Part shown: one piece after another, positions 48,801-63,251 of the stretch
How positions within the stretch are numbered: position 1 is the first letter of the stretch
How the letters are laid out: each line of letters starts with the position of its first letter
Assembly (NCBI GenBank): GCA_051294375.1
Contig: CM119270.1
Span: 19,603,741 to 19,667,740 of the forward strand
Reading direction: 5' to 3'
DNA: 64,000 nt
Source: Paraspadella gotoi
Taxonomy: Eukaryota > Animalia > Chaetognatha
The notes under the pieces: model-generated
The model's input: the letters and a program-made list of their open reading frames with translations, nothing else
What the model was told of the DNA's origin: nothing
Database searches by the model: none
Translations under genes and position numbers: made by a program

Positions 48801-51129
48801 CCGGTCGGTGTCGCTTTTTACACCTCTCTTTCTCTAATCTTTTCTTCCTTCTTCATTCTCCTTCTCTTCTTCTCTTCTACTCAATCATAATAGGAATTAA
48901 CGGTTCTCGCCGGATGGGGGTCTGCGACTAGGGCAGTGTAGCTAATTGTTGGTCACCTGAGTGGGACCGCGTGGCGTGGTCACATACCTTCTGATGAGGG
49001 CGCGGGACGGGTCACTACTATACAGCGAGCCAGTCGCCGCTATCGATTCCTCACTAGCGCCTCCTTCTCGTTTCCTCACCTAAAACCTTCTTCCCTCTGT
49101 CNNNNNNNNNNNNNNNNNNNNNNNNNCGGTGCAGTATTTTCGGGTTCGAAGGAGTCCTCCCCGCGGTACGTTCTGTTTTTGACCGTTGGAACGTTCGTCG
49201 TTCCGGGTCGTCTTCGTTCGTCCGTCTCCGTGCTCTGCGGGCTTTCTTTAAGTTTCACGGACTCTTAAACATCTCCAATCAACCTGATAAATATCATACA
49301 ATAAAAATATAATAATAGATTACTCAACGGTAAATTTTGCCTAACGATCATTTCGTATTCCATCTAAATAGAAAATTTTGGCACACTTTAAAAAAAACTC
49401 ATTAATCACAATATCTAAAACCTCAATTCTTTTATCGCGAACTCAACTTGCCATCATACGTACTCATCTGGCACCCTGTTTAGCAGAATTCCTCACACTT
49501 CCTCTTTTCTTTTCTTTTTGCATATTACACTAACAATTTGACCTATGCTCCGATGTTTTAGATTCGTGTTTCCAGCTCTTATCTGAGAAAAGAAGAATTA
49601 TAACGAAGAATCTGTAAATTAACAAAAAAAAATTGGTAGTTGAAATGGTATTAACAGCCAATTTTCGGCACCTGTCTGAAGATAATTAGAATGAGGGGGA
49701 TCAGAACGGAAGAGCCAAAAGGATTAGAGAGTATGAAGACGGGACATCTTAACGCGAGATGCCTTTCGTTTTTCTTCTCGGAGAGCATCAAACTTGTCGA
49801 TTCCGTGGATCGCTTGACGCGGAAACCACCCCCCACGCACCTCAAGGGACATGATGAGAGAGAGAAGAAGTAGAGAAGAGAGAGAGAGCAAGAGATGAGA
49901 GAGAGAAGAGAGAGGAGAGAGGAGAGAGAGAGGAGAGCAGAGAGTCGACGAGATGATCTATGTGGTAACATCAGGACAAAGACAAATGAAAATATTCAAA
50001 CGGTACTATCATGCAAAATATTTTAAAAATGATAAAAGACCGGATGTGGGAAACAGGAAAAAACGATAACATAGAATGAGGATGGAGAATGTAGAGAGTG
50101 ATAGGAGGGTTAAGGAACATTAGGGGAGGTGTGGTATCACAGGAGAAAAAATAGGGGAAACAGAATTAGATGGAAATATAGGAAAAGAGAGGCATGAAGA
50201 AAAAGAAAAGAAAAAAAAAAAAAAAAGGACACAGAAAAAGAGACGAGAGACAGAGAAAATTGGAGATTGTGGTGTGGTCGACGAACGGGATGACAAGAAA
50301 AATCGGTGTTGAATCCACAGATGAGGTAGAGTATTAAAGGATAAGGTAGTAATGTTATGCGAAACGTGTCCGAGCATATTAAACGAGTTTTTGAGATGAG
50401 TAGGTGAGGTGAATATAGAGAACTATTAGGTTTCTTTAATTTAGATGTTAAGTCCATAGACTGCGTCAGATAAGTATTTGATGCATGGACCAGGTACTGC
50501 CAGAAGTAATTTTTTTTTACAATCACTATTCCGTGCACGAAATATCCAACTTCATTGATTTCACTGCAGTTAGATTGAATCACAACCAACACCACAACTA
50601 AATCACGGCGGATACAATCCAGAACATCAAACCACATGCAAATTTCCACCACTAAAAGCTATTATAGTTGAATCACACCGTTCTCACGCCACCACGCATC
50701 CTCCTTACGTTCATCTTTCGATACCACATCATCAGCCTTCCTTAGCAGGGAACATCCTAACTTTTTCTCGTTTGAGCGAACAATAACACAGGCGCACGAT
50801 ATCCTTACCAGGAAGCAAGGGTTAAAAAAAGCAATATGGGAAAAACATTCAATTTTATCGATTTAAGAAAGGGAAGAAACGAAAAAAAAAATAGGCGAAA
50901 AATTATTAAGAGAAATCGCATCCTCCCATTATCTTATTTACAACAAATCGAACACCCTAAAGATACGCACATTATACAACAACAGGAAACCGCAAGAAAA
51001 AAAAAAAGAAAATTGGAGCGAGCGGAAGCCGGCGAGGTGAAAAGGAAAAAACTCCGTTTGATTTAAAAGGTTTTAAGCGCGGTTACTGAATCGCTCGAGA
51101 AAACCTTCTTTCTTAACTTCCTCCTTTTT

Positions 51130-52700
51130 CCGGTGCCTCTTCTTCTTTTTCCACAATCTGCCCGGGGCGATTCCTTACCAGCGCATGCCTCTAATTCTTC
51201 TTTTTCAAAAAAAGGCGCTATCGCGAGAAACCACGGCACCATACAGAGGAAAAGTAATCCTTACCCATCCTCAATTTGCTTCATTTTCACAAGTCGAAAA
51301 GCTCCCTTACTTTACACCATCCTGCGTTTCTCATTTTCACAATCGCCCTAGAGTCCTTAAACCAACCATCCATTCTTTTTTTTCCTATTCAACATCGCCC
51401 GCTTCCTTAGGCTACCATCCTCAGCTTTTCTTATACTTTTCACATCGCCCCCTTCCTTTAGCCTTTCGCAGTCCTCGCTTTCTTCTTTTCTTAACATCGC
51501 ACGCTTCCATTACCCCATACTCACTTTAATTTCTGTATTACACTAGAAGCCAAGCACATGCGCGCGCGATATAAACGTGTCATACACGGAAACACAATGC
51601 TTTCTTCAGCTTCTTCTTATTGATACAATCGCCGCGCACTTGCCTTATAACATTGAAAAAGGCGCAAAATAATTCTCTCTTTTTAACAATCGCCCCTTCC
51701 CTTACAACCAACCATCAACCCTAACGGCTGTTATGGTGTGCTTTAATCGCACACGAGATCGCCCGGTTCCTTACCCCATGCCTAAAACCTTATGCTTCTT
51801 TTCAAGGCAATCGCACGAAGGGCAAACCGTGGTCCAATTATTTTGCCTTTTCTCCCATTTTTCTCAACTTTCGACTTCTCTCATAATCCGCTCCTTGTTC
51901 TTCCTTTTTACGCTCCTTTTTTTTTTCCAACATTCTTCGACATTCGCCCTTCTTACCTCCCCATCCTCTCTTTTTTTTTGTCATATCAATCGCCCTCATA
52001 GTCCTTACCCCCACTTCCTCCTTTTTTGTCCTTTATTCACAATCGCCTTTCTCTTTTCCTTAACCTCTCACCCCCTCCTTATCTTCTTTTCACAAAAATC
52101 CGTCTTCATCTTCCTTCCTCATATCTCTTTACCCCACTCCCTATCCCTTTCTTTCTTTTCACAATCGCCCCTCCTCTTATCCCTATCTGCTCTCTTTCAT
52201 CTTTTCACAATCGCCTTCCCCTTCCTTACCGCCTCCTGCCTTCATTTGTCTCAATATATCCCACAATCGCCCCTTCCTTACCCCCATTCCTACTTCTTAT
52301 TCTTCTTTTTTTCTACAATCGGCCCCTTCCTTACCCTACCCTCTCCTTTTCCCTCATTGTTCGCCAGCACACACGCCCCGTTCTCTTACCACCTCCATCC
52401 CATCACTTTTTTCTTTTCAAAATCGCGCCCCTTCCTTGACCCATTCACCGGGAGTCTCGTCTTTTTCTTCTTTTCAACAATCGCCCTTCCTTACCAGCCA
52501 TCCTCCTTTCTCGTTCTTTTCAACAATCGCCCCTTCCTTACCCCAGGTCTCTCTTGTCTTCTTTTTACAATCGCCCTTACCTTTACCCCATCTCCATTTT
52601 TTTTTTCCACAATCGCCGCTTCGCTTCCCCATCCTCGGCTTTCTTCCCTCTGTTCACAATCGGCCCCTTCCTTACCCCATCCTCCTTTCTTCTCCAATCA
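51130..52700 (+). repeat. ~41-bp pyrimidine-rich minisatellite array (copy 2)
   Basis: Same unit and orientation as 38790-40200. Confidence 0.85.
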
Positions 52701-53529
52701 CCGTCCGACATAAAAAAGTCATTCAGTCCGCCGAATTTTTTTTTCTTTTTTCTTTTTTCGTCATTTAATTAATTAAAGAAACGCGAATTTATTTTTCTCT
52801 GTCGTCCACCGAATCAATAGTTAGTTTTTAAACTTGTTTTACTAATTTCGTATCCTTACAAGGTGCTTATAAATGCAGTTTAACCAATTGATCGACCACT
52901 TTGAAAATACTCTATATATATTTTGCTTGATTTCTATTCTTCTTTCTTTTATGTTTTACATGTTTAATATGTATATAAACATAAAAGTTTTCAAAGTTTG
53001 TTGATGAATTAAATTCGTGAATTTATCGAGTTAAACGCGAAACATCGCCAGATTTCACAGTGAAACGAGCGAAGGTGAAAAATCACGAAGATAAACGAGA
53101 AAATTATCGATCACGTGACTCTGACTCGAAGATGGAGCCTTTCAATCGTGAAACTGTGAATGATCACCGATCGCTGATCACTTTCAGAATCACCGGTGAT
53201 TCGAACTTTTTTTTTTATCAGAATCATGTTCGCCGACGATGGACGAAAATAATGATTTTTAATTTAAAATTTGATTGCATTTAAACTTTAAATCAAATTT
53301 GTCGTTGGATATTTTTCCTTTTCCGAAATGTTGTTCCTGTTCAAGTTACGTTCACACGAGGTTAATTATGCGTGAAGTGAAGATTGAGAAAGAAACGAAT
53401 TTTTTTGAGTTCAAAGACTTCGTTAAAAATCTCAACTAGGTTCTTTTTATTTTCTATTTTCTATTTTCTATTTTCTATTTTTTTTAATCTTTCTTCTCTT
53501 TAGAATTAGAGATCGTTAACCGGATAAGG

Positions 53530-53605
<76 letters not shown>

Positions 53606-53776
53606 CTTGTACCTGAGATGAAAAATTGTCGAAAGGTTTTTCGTCCCTCGAGATGAGCTCAAGGAGAAAAAGAGAGGCGAGGGAAAAGAGAGGAAATTAG
53701 AGAGGAAGGAGAGAAAAGAGAAGGTAAAATAAAGAAGGATAGAGAAGAGAGGGTAAAATAGAGAAGAAGGATAGAG

Positions 53777-53778
53777 AA

Positions 53779-53829
<51 letters not shown>

Positions 53830-53834
53830 ATAGA

Positions 53835-53924
<90 letters not shown>
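53777..53924 (+). repeat. (AAAT)n microsatellite
   Basis: Direct reading. Confidence 0.95.
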
Positions 53925-53925
<1 letters not shown>

Positions 53926-54729
53926 AAAAAATACTAGCAGAAAAGAAAATGTATAAAAAGAAAAGAAATGAAAGGACGTAAAAATGTAATAAGGAAATAC
54001 GTGCTGTTAATTAAAAGTAGCAGATTGATAGATACTGTTTAAAAAATAAAAAATGAAAAGGCGTCTTTGTAAATTGAGTTTTTCCAATCGCACATCTTTT
54101 TCTCTTCGATTATATCTCCGATCTGTACAACTCACTATCACCATTATCATTATCTGTTAAGCTAATCGTATGTAAAAATTTCCTTCGAATTACACAAAAA
54201 CTTGTATTTTCCGTAATTCAAGGTGAAATTTTTCTTAAAATTCGGCAAAATTCTTTTAGTTGATTTACGTTTTAAAATTTAAAAAAAAAAAGAAATTAAA
54301 AAAAAAAATAAAATAAGAAGAAAAAAAAAACCGATTTGATGAAAGAAAAAAAAAATTGGGAGAAAAGTTGTCCCGAAATTAACTTGAGCCTCTGACTCGA
54401 AAATGGAAGATAAAAAAAGGCTAAAACCGGATAAAAAAAATTGAAATGGGCCCTTTGAAAAAGAAAACAAGAAAACAAAACAAAAAATAAAAGAAGGAAA
54501 CAAATTTAAAAAAAAAACAAAAACGAAAGGAGATTTCCGCTTCATCCAATTCTCACCAGGAAAATTCGATTCTCGTTTTTCGAGACTAATTTTCTCCAGA
54601 TCCGTTGACCCTTTAAGGCAACAGCCATGGGATCGCCGCCGTGGATCGGAGCCGTGAATAGCCCTCAGCCCCTCACGGATCGGGGCCTTCTAATAACGAA
54701 GACCCTGCCCCAACGGGGCGAATCGTAGG

Positions 54730-54897
54730 CGGATCTAAGGGGACCTGAAAGGACCTGAGGGGAAATGAGGGGACCCGAGAGGTTCTGAAGGGATCCGAGG
54801 GGGCCTGAAGGGTCCTTAGGGGACCTGAGGGGACTTGAGGGGATCCGAGGGGGCCTGAGGAATCCTTGGGGGACCTGAGGGGACTTGAGGGGCCGAG
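54730..54897 (+). repeat. 10-bp-unit tandem repeat (GGGACCTGAG-like)
   Basis: About 16 degenerate units. Confidence 0.8.
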
Positions 54898-55148
54898 AAG
54901 TAAAAGAAACAAACAAACCTGACCCGCCTTACCCGCCTTACCCACCTTACCCGCTTCCAATGAAGACACAACGCCTCCTACCGCCCCTCACCGCCTTTCG
55001 CCGCCTCTCACCGCCTCTAACGGCGCTCCAACGCCCCCTTCGGCTATTTTCCATAAAATAAACAGAAGAAGAAAGAAAAAAAGAAAGAACAGAAGTTTTA
55101 ACTAAAAATTAAGTGAGAGAGAAACGAATGAAGGAGAAGGACATGGTA

Positions 55149-55180
<32 letters not shown>

Positions 55181-55569
55181 ATTATTTATGAAAGATATAG
55201 AAAGACCAAGAAAACGATATAGCAAGAAGAGAATTACCGAAACCCCGAAAGACATTGAAAGAAAGAAAGAAAGAACCTAGCAAGACTGAAAGAAAAAAAA
55301 AATAATTAGAAAGTAACAAGAAAAAGTAAAACAAAAGAAAAGACAAAAAATGGTTGTCCTTTGGGATGAGGAGGTTTATTCCGCCTCCCGCTCCTCTCCC
55401 CCTCGCTCCCCTTCCTCTCCTTCTCCCTCTCTCCCCCCTCCCCCTCTCCCCCCTCCATAGGGGCGAAACCAAAAACCCTTGGATTCTTCTCGGGTTAGAA
55501 ATTTCCTAGAAATCTCGGCTTGAGTCTGAACGAAAAACCGGTAGTGCATTGATATATAGAGGGACCATA

Positions 55570-56050
55570 TGAGTTGGAGAGGAGTCCACCAGGATTGTCC
55601 GGTGGAGTCGTTTGGAGTCGGTGACAGTCGGAGGAGTTGGAGGAGTCGGTGGAGTCGGCAGCGTTATATTGTCGCCGTGTTCAGGTTATTGTCGTTGGAG
55701 TCCGCGAGAAGTCGAAGCAGGGAGTTGGAAGGAGTCGCGCAGGAATGACTGTTGTGGAGTCGAGGAGTCCGGTGGAGTTCGTGGAGTCGGTGGAGATCGG
55801 ACAGGAGTTGGAGAGTCGGACGGAGTCGACAGAGGAAAATCGGCCTGGAGTTCGGACAGGAGTTCGGTGGAATCGGAGGAGACGGTCGACCAGTTCAGAG
55901 CTGGATCGTCCGAAGGAGTCGGTGGAGTCGGGTGGAGTCATAGGAGTCGGGAGTTGAGTCTCGCGTGGTTATTGTTCGTTGAGGAGTTTGGTGCCGAGTA
56001 CGTAGGAGTGGCGGCTTGCAGTCGTGTGGAGTCGGAGGAGCTTCGGAAAG
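55570..56050 (+). repeat. (GGAGTCGGT)n-like degenerate array
   Basis: Recurring GGAGTC/GGAGTT. Confidence 0.75.
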
Positions 56051-56932
56051 TGGTCCTAAAAGCTCTGAGCAATCCTATCACCATCTGATCCCACCATCTT
56101 TGATCTTCCCCCGATCTCGCTACTGGTATTACTCCTTTCCATTGATCCCTCTCTTCCTTCCCCAGCTCTACCAATCGATTCCCGGAATCTCTGCCACGGG
56201 AATCAACATAATGCATATTCTTTCGTTCTTTTCCTCGTAACGGAAAACTCTGATGAGTCCTCACTACTCTCGACTCGTCTCTCTCCCGCCACTCTCTTCA
56301 CTCTCGTGCATCCAATCCTCTCCTCCCTCGAATCTCTATCAAAAAAGTATCACCACCTACATTCAGTCGTTATTCAATATAGAATACGTATATATGTGCA
56401 TTTATCTGTACTCATAATATTATATTCACCTATATATATAGTCATGTATACTTATATCTCTTTCACCTTCTCTCTTTCAGTCAGTCTTCCTTTATATCAT
56501 TTTCGTCTTCTCTCTCTCTCTCAGTTCGACCGGGATGATAACATTGGATCGGTATTTTCGAAACAGAAAATTAAAACAATTGAAAAACCCTTAAGCTTTA
56601 CAACTGTTTATTTAATTGTTGATTAAAACAATTCAATTAGTTCGCTTTTAGTCGTCGTTTTTCAATCGTCGTCTGGGTCCTGTTGTCTTCGGTCCGTCGT
56701 ACGTCTGTCGTTACTGCTCGTGTTCTTCCCGTCTCCCGCCCTTTCATGCTCGCAGGGACACGTTCAGGTTCCTTATTATACTGTCACAGTTCCCAGTTGA
56801 CGGAAACTTGATAAATATGTTATAATATGACTAAAGAGAAGTAAGTGTAGATTTGGTAACTATTATCGCCCTCTGGCCTGCTCCTTCTCTCTATCTCTCG
56901 CTATCTTCTCTGCTCTCTCTCCTCTCTCTCTC

Positions 56933-56964
<32 letters not shown>

Positions 56965-57005
56965 TTATCTTTCTCTCTCTTCCTCTCTCGCTTCTCTCCT
57001 TCTCT

Positions 57006-57055
<50 letters not shown>

Positions 57056-58542
57056 TCTCTCTCTCTCTCTCTCTCTTCTCGCATTCGCATATTTCCAACG
57101 GATCTCTTTATATTTTCACACACCGGTCCGAGGTTTTCTCCTCACCCTTCCTCCCTTATCTTCATTTTCGACCCTCTTCAACACCCCCTTTAATCCCCTT
57201 CCCCCTCAACATCCTCTCGCCCCACCATCCAAACCTCTTCGGGTCCTTTTCTCATCCTCGGTCTTCACGAATCGTTGCTCTTTTGTTCCTCAACGGACGT
57301 CATTTCACCAACATCGGCTTTTTGTCGTCGTCGTCGTCGTTGTCGTCTTCGTTTTTCGTTCTTCTCCTCGACGACAAGGAGGCGGTCGTGACGCGACGAG
57401 CGAACAAAAAGACGCTGCGCGTCGACGTTAATGCTTTTCGGTGTTGTAGACGATTGTCATCTTTGTCGTCGTTATGGTCGTTCCGTCATCGTCGTCGTTG
57501 TCGTCCGTCGTTGTGGTCGTCGATGTCGTCATCTGCGATCGAGAAAGCGCAATTTTTAATTCGTCATTTTTTGCTTTTCTTTTCTTTTTTTTTCTATTCT
57601 AGTACAATTAAGGCGATCCGTTCCTCAGTAATACTAACTTCCTCAGTATATTGTCCGCGAAGCTTTTAGTTTTTACACTTTTTTTTTTTATTTTTCTTTT
57701 CTTTTTTTTTTTTTTTCTTATTTCTTTTCTTTTTTTTTCTTTTTTTTTTTAATTTATTTTTATTTTCCTTTCTGTTTTTTTCTTTTTTTTTTTTTTTTTT
57801 GTCTTTTTCTTTATTTTTTTTGTNNNNNNNNNNNNNNNNNNNNNNNNNAATCGGAGGAGTCGGTGGAGTCGGAGGATTGGGTTGGAGGAGTCTGGAGGGA
57901 GAGTCGGTGGAGTTCAGGTGGGAGTCGGGAACGGAGGAGTCGAGTCGGGTCTAAAAGGCTCGCAATTATCATCGATCCCGATCCTTTGATTCCCCGATTC
58001 CAATTGTTTCCTTCCATGATCCCTCTTCCCTCCTTCCCCTCCCACTTATCAACCGACGGGAATAAATCATTACGTTCTAGGGAAACTTGACAAATGGGGT
58101 CTCTCTCCTCTCTCTCTCTCTTCTCTCTCTCTAGTATATATATATATATATATTATATTATATATATATATATTATACTTATATTCTCTTTCTCTCTCTC
58201 TCTTCTCTCTATCTCTTTCTCTCTCTCTCTCTCTCAGTTCGACGGGATATATCATTGGATCGGGTTTTTCGAAACAGAAATTAAAACATTGAAAAACCTT
58301 AAGCTTTACAACTGTTTATTTAATTTGTTGATTAAAACAATTCATTATCGCTTTCGTCGTACGTTTTTTCATCGTCGTCTCATCGTTGTCTTCGTCCGTC
58401 GTCGTCGTCGACGCTCGTTTCTCCCCGCCCTTTCATGCGCAACACGTTCAGGTTCCTTATTTACTTGTCACTTCCCAGTTGGAACGGAAATGTTAGAAAT
58501 TTAAATATGAGAAGTAAGGAGATTTGTAACTAATGTTCCTCT

Positions 58543-58594
<52 letters not shown>

Positions 58595-58613
58595 CTCTCC
58601 TCTCTCTCTTTAT

Positions 58614-58668
<55 letters not shown>

Positions 58669-59490
58669 TCTTCTCTCTCTCCTCTCTTCGCATTTCGCAA
58701 TATTTCCAAACGGATCTTTTATATTTTCACACCACGGTCCGAGGTTTTCTCTCGACCCCTTCCTCCCTTATCTTCATTTTCGACCCTCTTCAACACCCCC
58801 TTTAATCCCCTTCCCCCTCAACATCCCTCGCCCCACCATCCAAAACCTCTTCGGTCTTTTCTCATCCTCGTCTTCACGAATCGTTGCTCTTTTGTTCCTC
58901 AACGGACGTCATTTCACCAACATCGGCTTTTGTCGTCGTCGTCGTCGTTGTCGTCTTCGTTTTCGTTCTTCTCCTCGACGACAGGAGGCGTCGTGACGCG
59001 ACGAGCGAACAAAAGACGCTGACCGTCGACGTTAATGCTTTCGTCGTTGTAGACGATTGTCATCTTTGTCGTCGTTATGGTCGTCCGTCATCGTCGTCGT
59101 TGTCGTCGTCGTTGTGGTCGTCGATGTCGTCATCTGCGATCGAGAAAGCGCAATTTTAATCGTCATTTTTTGCTTTTCTTTTCTTTTTTTTTCTATTCTA
59201 GTACAATTAAGGCGATCCGTTCCTCAGTAATACTAACTTCCTCAGTAATTGTCGCGAAGCTTTAGTTATTTACACTTTTTTTTTTTTATTCTTTCTTTTT
59301 CTTTTTTTTTCTTTTTTTTTCTTTTTTTTATTATTTTATTTTCTTTTTTTATTCATTTCTTTTCTTTTTTCTTCTTTTTCTTCTTTTTCTTTTCTTACTT
59401 TTTTCTATTCTTTTCTTTTTTTCTTTTTATTCTTTTCTTTTTTTTATTCTTTGCTTTTCTTTCTTTCTTTCTTTTCTTTTCTTTTTTTTG
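55900..59490 (+). repeat. Near-duplicate blocks ~55900-57820 and ~57850-59490 (probable assembly duplication)
   Basis: Collinear copies flanking the 25-N gap at 57824-57848. The first copy is insertion-rich. Confidence 0.85.
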
Positions 59491-60109
59491 ATGATTTCGA
59501 ACGAGAGATTAGAAACTTTTTTCTTAATTGCGTCAATTCGCTACTGGGACGCTACGCCTCTCATAACGTCAAACGAAGCCGCGTCAATCTGACGTCATCT
59601 TAAAAGCAGCGAAGTCATCACAAGGGCTTTAAAATTCGTAAAGATATTTACTGTTCCCAGATGTGTGAAGTGAAAGTCATCGTTAAACAATTGGCGAAAA
59701 GCTTTTGTGAATGTGAAAACCCTAGATTGTAAATCAGACAGCCTATCAATAAATCAATCAATCAATCGTTCAATCGATCTATGGATCAATCAATCAATCG
59801 ATCAATCAATCAACTAACCAATATATCAATAATTCAATAAATAAATAATTTGATCAATCGATTAATTTATGAATGGATCCATAAATCAAGCAACCAATCA
59901 ATCAATCGATCATTCGAAGAGCACACACGGATTGGCGCTTGCGTCCTCTTTCAAACATAATGCTTTCTTATTATATCTGTGATTGGGTGATGAAAGCTTG
60001 GTGCTTGGGAGGCGGTGAAAATGGAAACGCAGAGACCAACAGAGCCAAGAATGACGTCATCGGTTTTACAATGAAAGGAGAAACAATGACGCTCGTTACC
60101 ATGGGGACC

Positions 60110-60230
<121 letters not shown>

Positions 60231-61036
60231 AGAGAGAGAGAAAGAGAGAGAGAGAAAAAGAGAGAGCGAGAGAGAGAAAGAGAGAGAGAGAGAGCAATCT
60301 CTCGCAACGGCCCAAACGAGAATCGGGGGAGCGATCAGAAGAGAGAAAGAAAAGAAAAGACTTGCTTCAATTCCGATTCGCGGTTTTAAACACAAACGAT
60401 TTTGCCTTTTTTTTCTGTTCTTCTTCTTCATCTCATTCTGGTTCTCCTGTTCTTATGTCAAAATTTCAAAAATAGTTTTTTAAAATAAACTCTGCAGGGG
60501 TTTAGGATTGAACCGGTACAGAATGGTCCCTAGCTGATAGATTTGACTCAATAGGCCAACCGGGCAACGACTAACCAAGGTTACTGCTTAATAGGCATGG
60601 TGAACTTAGGAAATGACCGATACATGTTTCGCCTCGCTAAAATGAATGAAAGCTTAAAGATATTTTCATAAATTTGTACGAGGAATAAAAATAGTAGTCT
60701 TTGCCACACTGGTGAAAATTTTCTTGGAGAATATACATGTCGTTTTAAAAATCTAAAATAACGCTTGCTCTTATTAGCAATTGCAGTTAAAACTCCCTTC
60801 TTTCCTGAACAGGTTGTTTGTGGGTTCCATCCTGCCTGAATAATATGTTTTATTTTATTGTATAGGCATTATGCTACCCATGGCCAGCTTTGTTATATCA
60901 AAGATATAAAATATGTTTACTTATGCAACTATATAAACAATTTTATCATATTTTCTTTTTCAATTTTAAGATATATTAGGAAGAATTAGAATATAAAGTT
61001 TGATTTCATAAAATAATTTGAAAAAATTATCCATCT

Positions 61037-61121
61037 GGCCAGAACAGCCGAAGGACTGTCAATCTTATTAGTACAGGAAAAAATCGTTGTGGAGTTCAAA
61101 TCCTGGCTCCGGTCCTTTTTT
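61037..61121 (+). pseudogene. tRNA-like remnant
   Basis: GGCCAGA...GAAGGACTGTCAATC...GGAGTTCAAATCCTGGCTCCGGTC followed by TTTTTT. B-box, partial acceptor stem and Pol III-type terminator are present; the D arm is not recognisable. Confidence 0.3.
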
Positions 61122-62187
61122 CTTGTTGCAAATTTAAATACTCCTACAATCATTGCCCTTAATTGCGGATAGTAGCCACTGTCAGTAACGAAATATTTTT
61201 ATATTCACTTATTTCAGCTTACAAAGTTTGCAACAAATTTCCTACACTTGTATTATTCGAATTTGCAAATTTTATTGAGATTTCTAATTGTTTCATTTGC
61301 ACGTTGCAATAAAGATGCCGGTTTTCTTTTTTAACTTAAAAATGTTTGGGGCATTCAATCATACTACCCGAAAATAACATTTCAACTCTTCTTTCTGTTA
61401 ATAAACAGAAATAAAAAAGAAAGTCAAATAAGGTTGTTTGTTGTCTATACTCTTATTAGCGAGTTTTCAATGTTGAATAATTGAAATAAGTGGCCCCAAA
61501 TGTTTACTTACTTCGCTTTCAAAAGATTTTTTGTCGTCACTACTCTCATCCATCTATCTCTCTTCCTGTCACTTAACATTTTACTTGATCTTGAATTTAG
61601 AATTTAAATATTATTAACTAATAAAATTTTAAATTTTTTTTAATTAAATTTTTAATTAAAATGAACTAAAAATTTTTAATGTCGAATATTTGTTAAAAAT
61701 TAAAAGAAGCTTAAGTTTTAAAGAAATAAATGGGGGGGTGTATGCCTATTTTTCTTTTTTTTTAACGTTTAATTTGGGAAAACGCTAAACAGTATTCTAG
61801 ATAGCGCACTCTTTAGAAGCTTTTTGATTTTAATATTTAAAATGCAAGATTTTAACAAAAGGTTTTAAGTTTATGCAAAGGAAAAGCCACAATCCAGTAA
61901 TTCAACAAAGACTATACGACGCAATAAGAAATACCTCCGTCACTTCTTTACTTTCTTCAAATAATTCAACCAATAATGGAGCCCTGCGTCACTGCCTCGT
62001 CACAAAACGGTCCAACAAGCAGTCACAGCCGGTCACAAGCGGTCACACACCAGGTTCACAGAGCAGTCACAAACTTTCGTTGCGACCGAGCTCCCGTGAC
62101 CGGTCACACAACGCGGTCCACAAACGGATCGCACCTTTTACAAGTCCTACCAATTCAGAAGCGCGGAAATAAGCGAAGAAATTAATT

Positions 62188-62363
62188 TCATTTCTTCTTT
62201 TTCTTCTTCTTCTTCTTCTTCTTCTTCCTTCTTTCTTCTTCTTCTTCTTCTCTTCTTTCTTTCCTCTCTCCTTTCTCCCATCTCTCCCACCCAAAAACTT
62301 CCTCCTTTTCTCTATTCAGGGGTCGACTTTCTGGCCGGTTCAAACTTCCGCCATACAACGACC

Positions 62364-62448
<85 letters not shown>

Positions 62449-63096
62449 CTCTCTTTCTTCCTTCGCCGCTGCCAATTCCGAGGATTCCGAGAGACGCTTA
62501 ACGAACCGGAGTTTGTTTANNNNNNNNNNNNNNNNNNNNNNNNNTTGCTCCTTTTGGTTCTCCTGTTCTCCTTCTTCATCTCATTTTGGTTCTCCTGATC
62601 TCTCCTTGGTTTCTCCGTTCTTCTTCTTCATCTCATTCTGGTTCTCCTGTTCTTCTCCTTTTGGTTCTCACTGTTCTTCTTTTTCGAATTCGTCATTCTG
62701 TTCTCCTTTGTTCTTTTTTTCATTCTTGGATTCTACTGTTCTTCTTCTTTTTTCAGACTCTCATTTTTTTCTCCTTTTTCTATTTTTGGTTTTTTTTCTT
62801 CTTCATCTATTCTTTCTTTCCATGTTCTTACTTCTGTTTAATCCTCCTTTCTTCTTTTCTCTCATTTCGTTCTCCTATCTTCTCCTTCGGTTCTCATTTC
62901 CTTTTCTTTCTCAACTCTCTCTTTTTCTTCTTCTTTCTCTTCTTCTTCTTCTTCTTCTTCTTCTTCTTCTTCTTTTCTTCTTTCTCTCCTTATCCTCCTC
63001 TTCCTCCCATCCTCCCCCCAAAAACTTCCTCCTTTTCTCTATTCAGGGAGTCGACTTTCTGGCGGTTCAAACTTCCGCCATACAACGACTTTTCCA

Positions 63097-63137
<41 letters not shown>

Positions 63138-63251
63138 CTCTCTTCTTCTCTCTCTCTCTTTCTTTCTCTCTTCTCTCGTCTCTTCTCTTTTTCTCTTCGC
63201 CGCTGCCAATTCCGAGGATTCCGAGAGGCTTAACGACACCGGAGTTTGTTT
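62188..63251 (+). repeat. Near-duplicate blocks 62188-62519 and ~62930-63251
   Basis: CCAAAAACTTCCTCCTTTTCTCTATTCAGGG...CCGGAGTTTGTTTA occurs on both sides of the 25-N gap at 62520-62544. Confidence 0.85.

Noticed and set aside
48991-49015. CTGATGAG hammerhead core (also near 31910 and 56249)
   Set aside because: No stem II closed by C-GAAA and no stems I/III with an NUH site.
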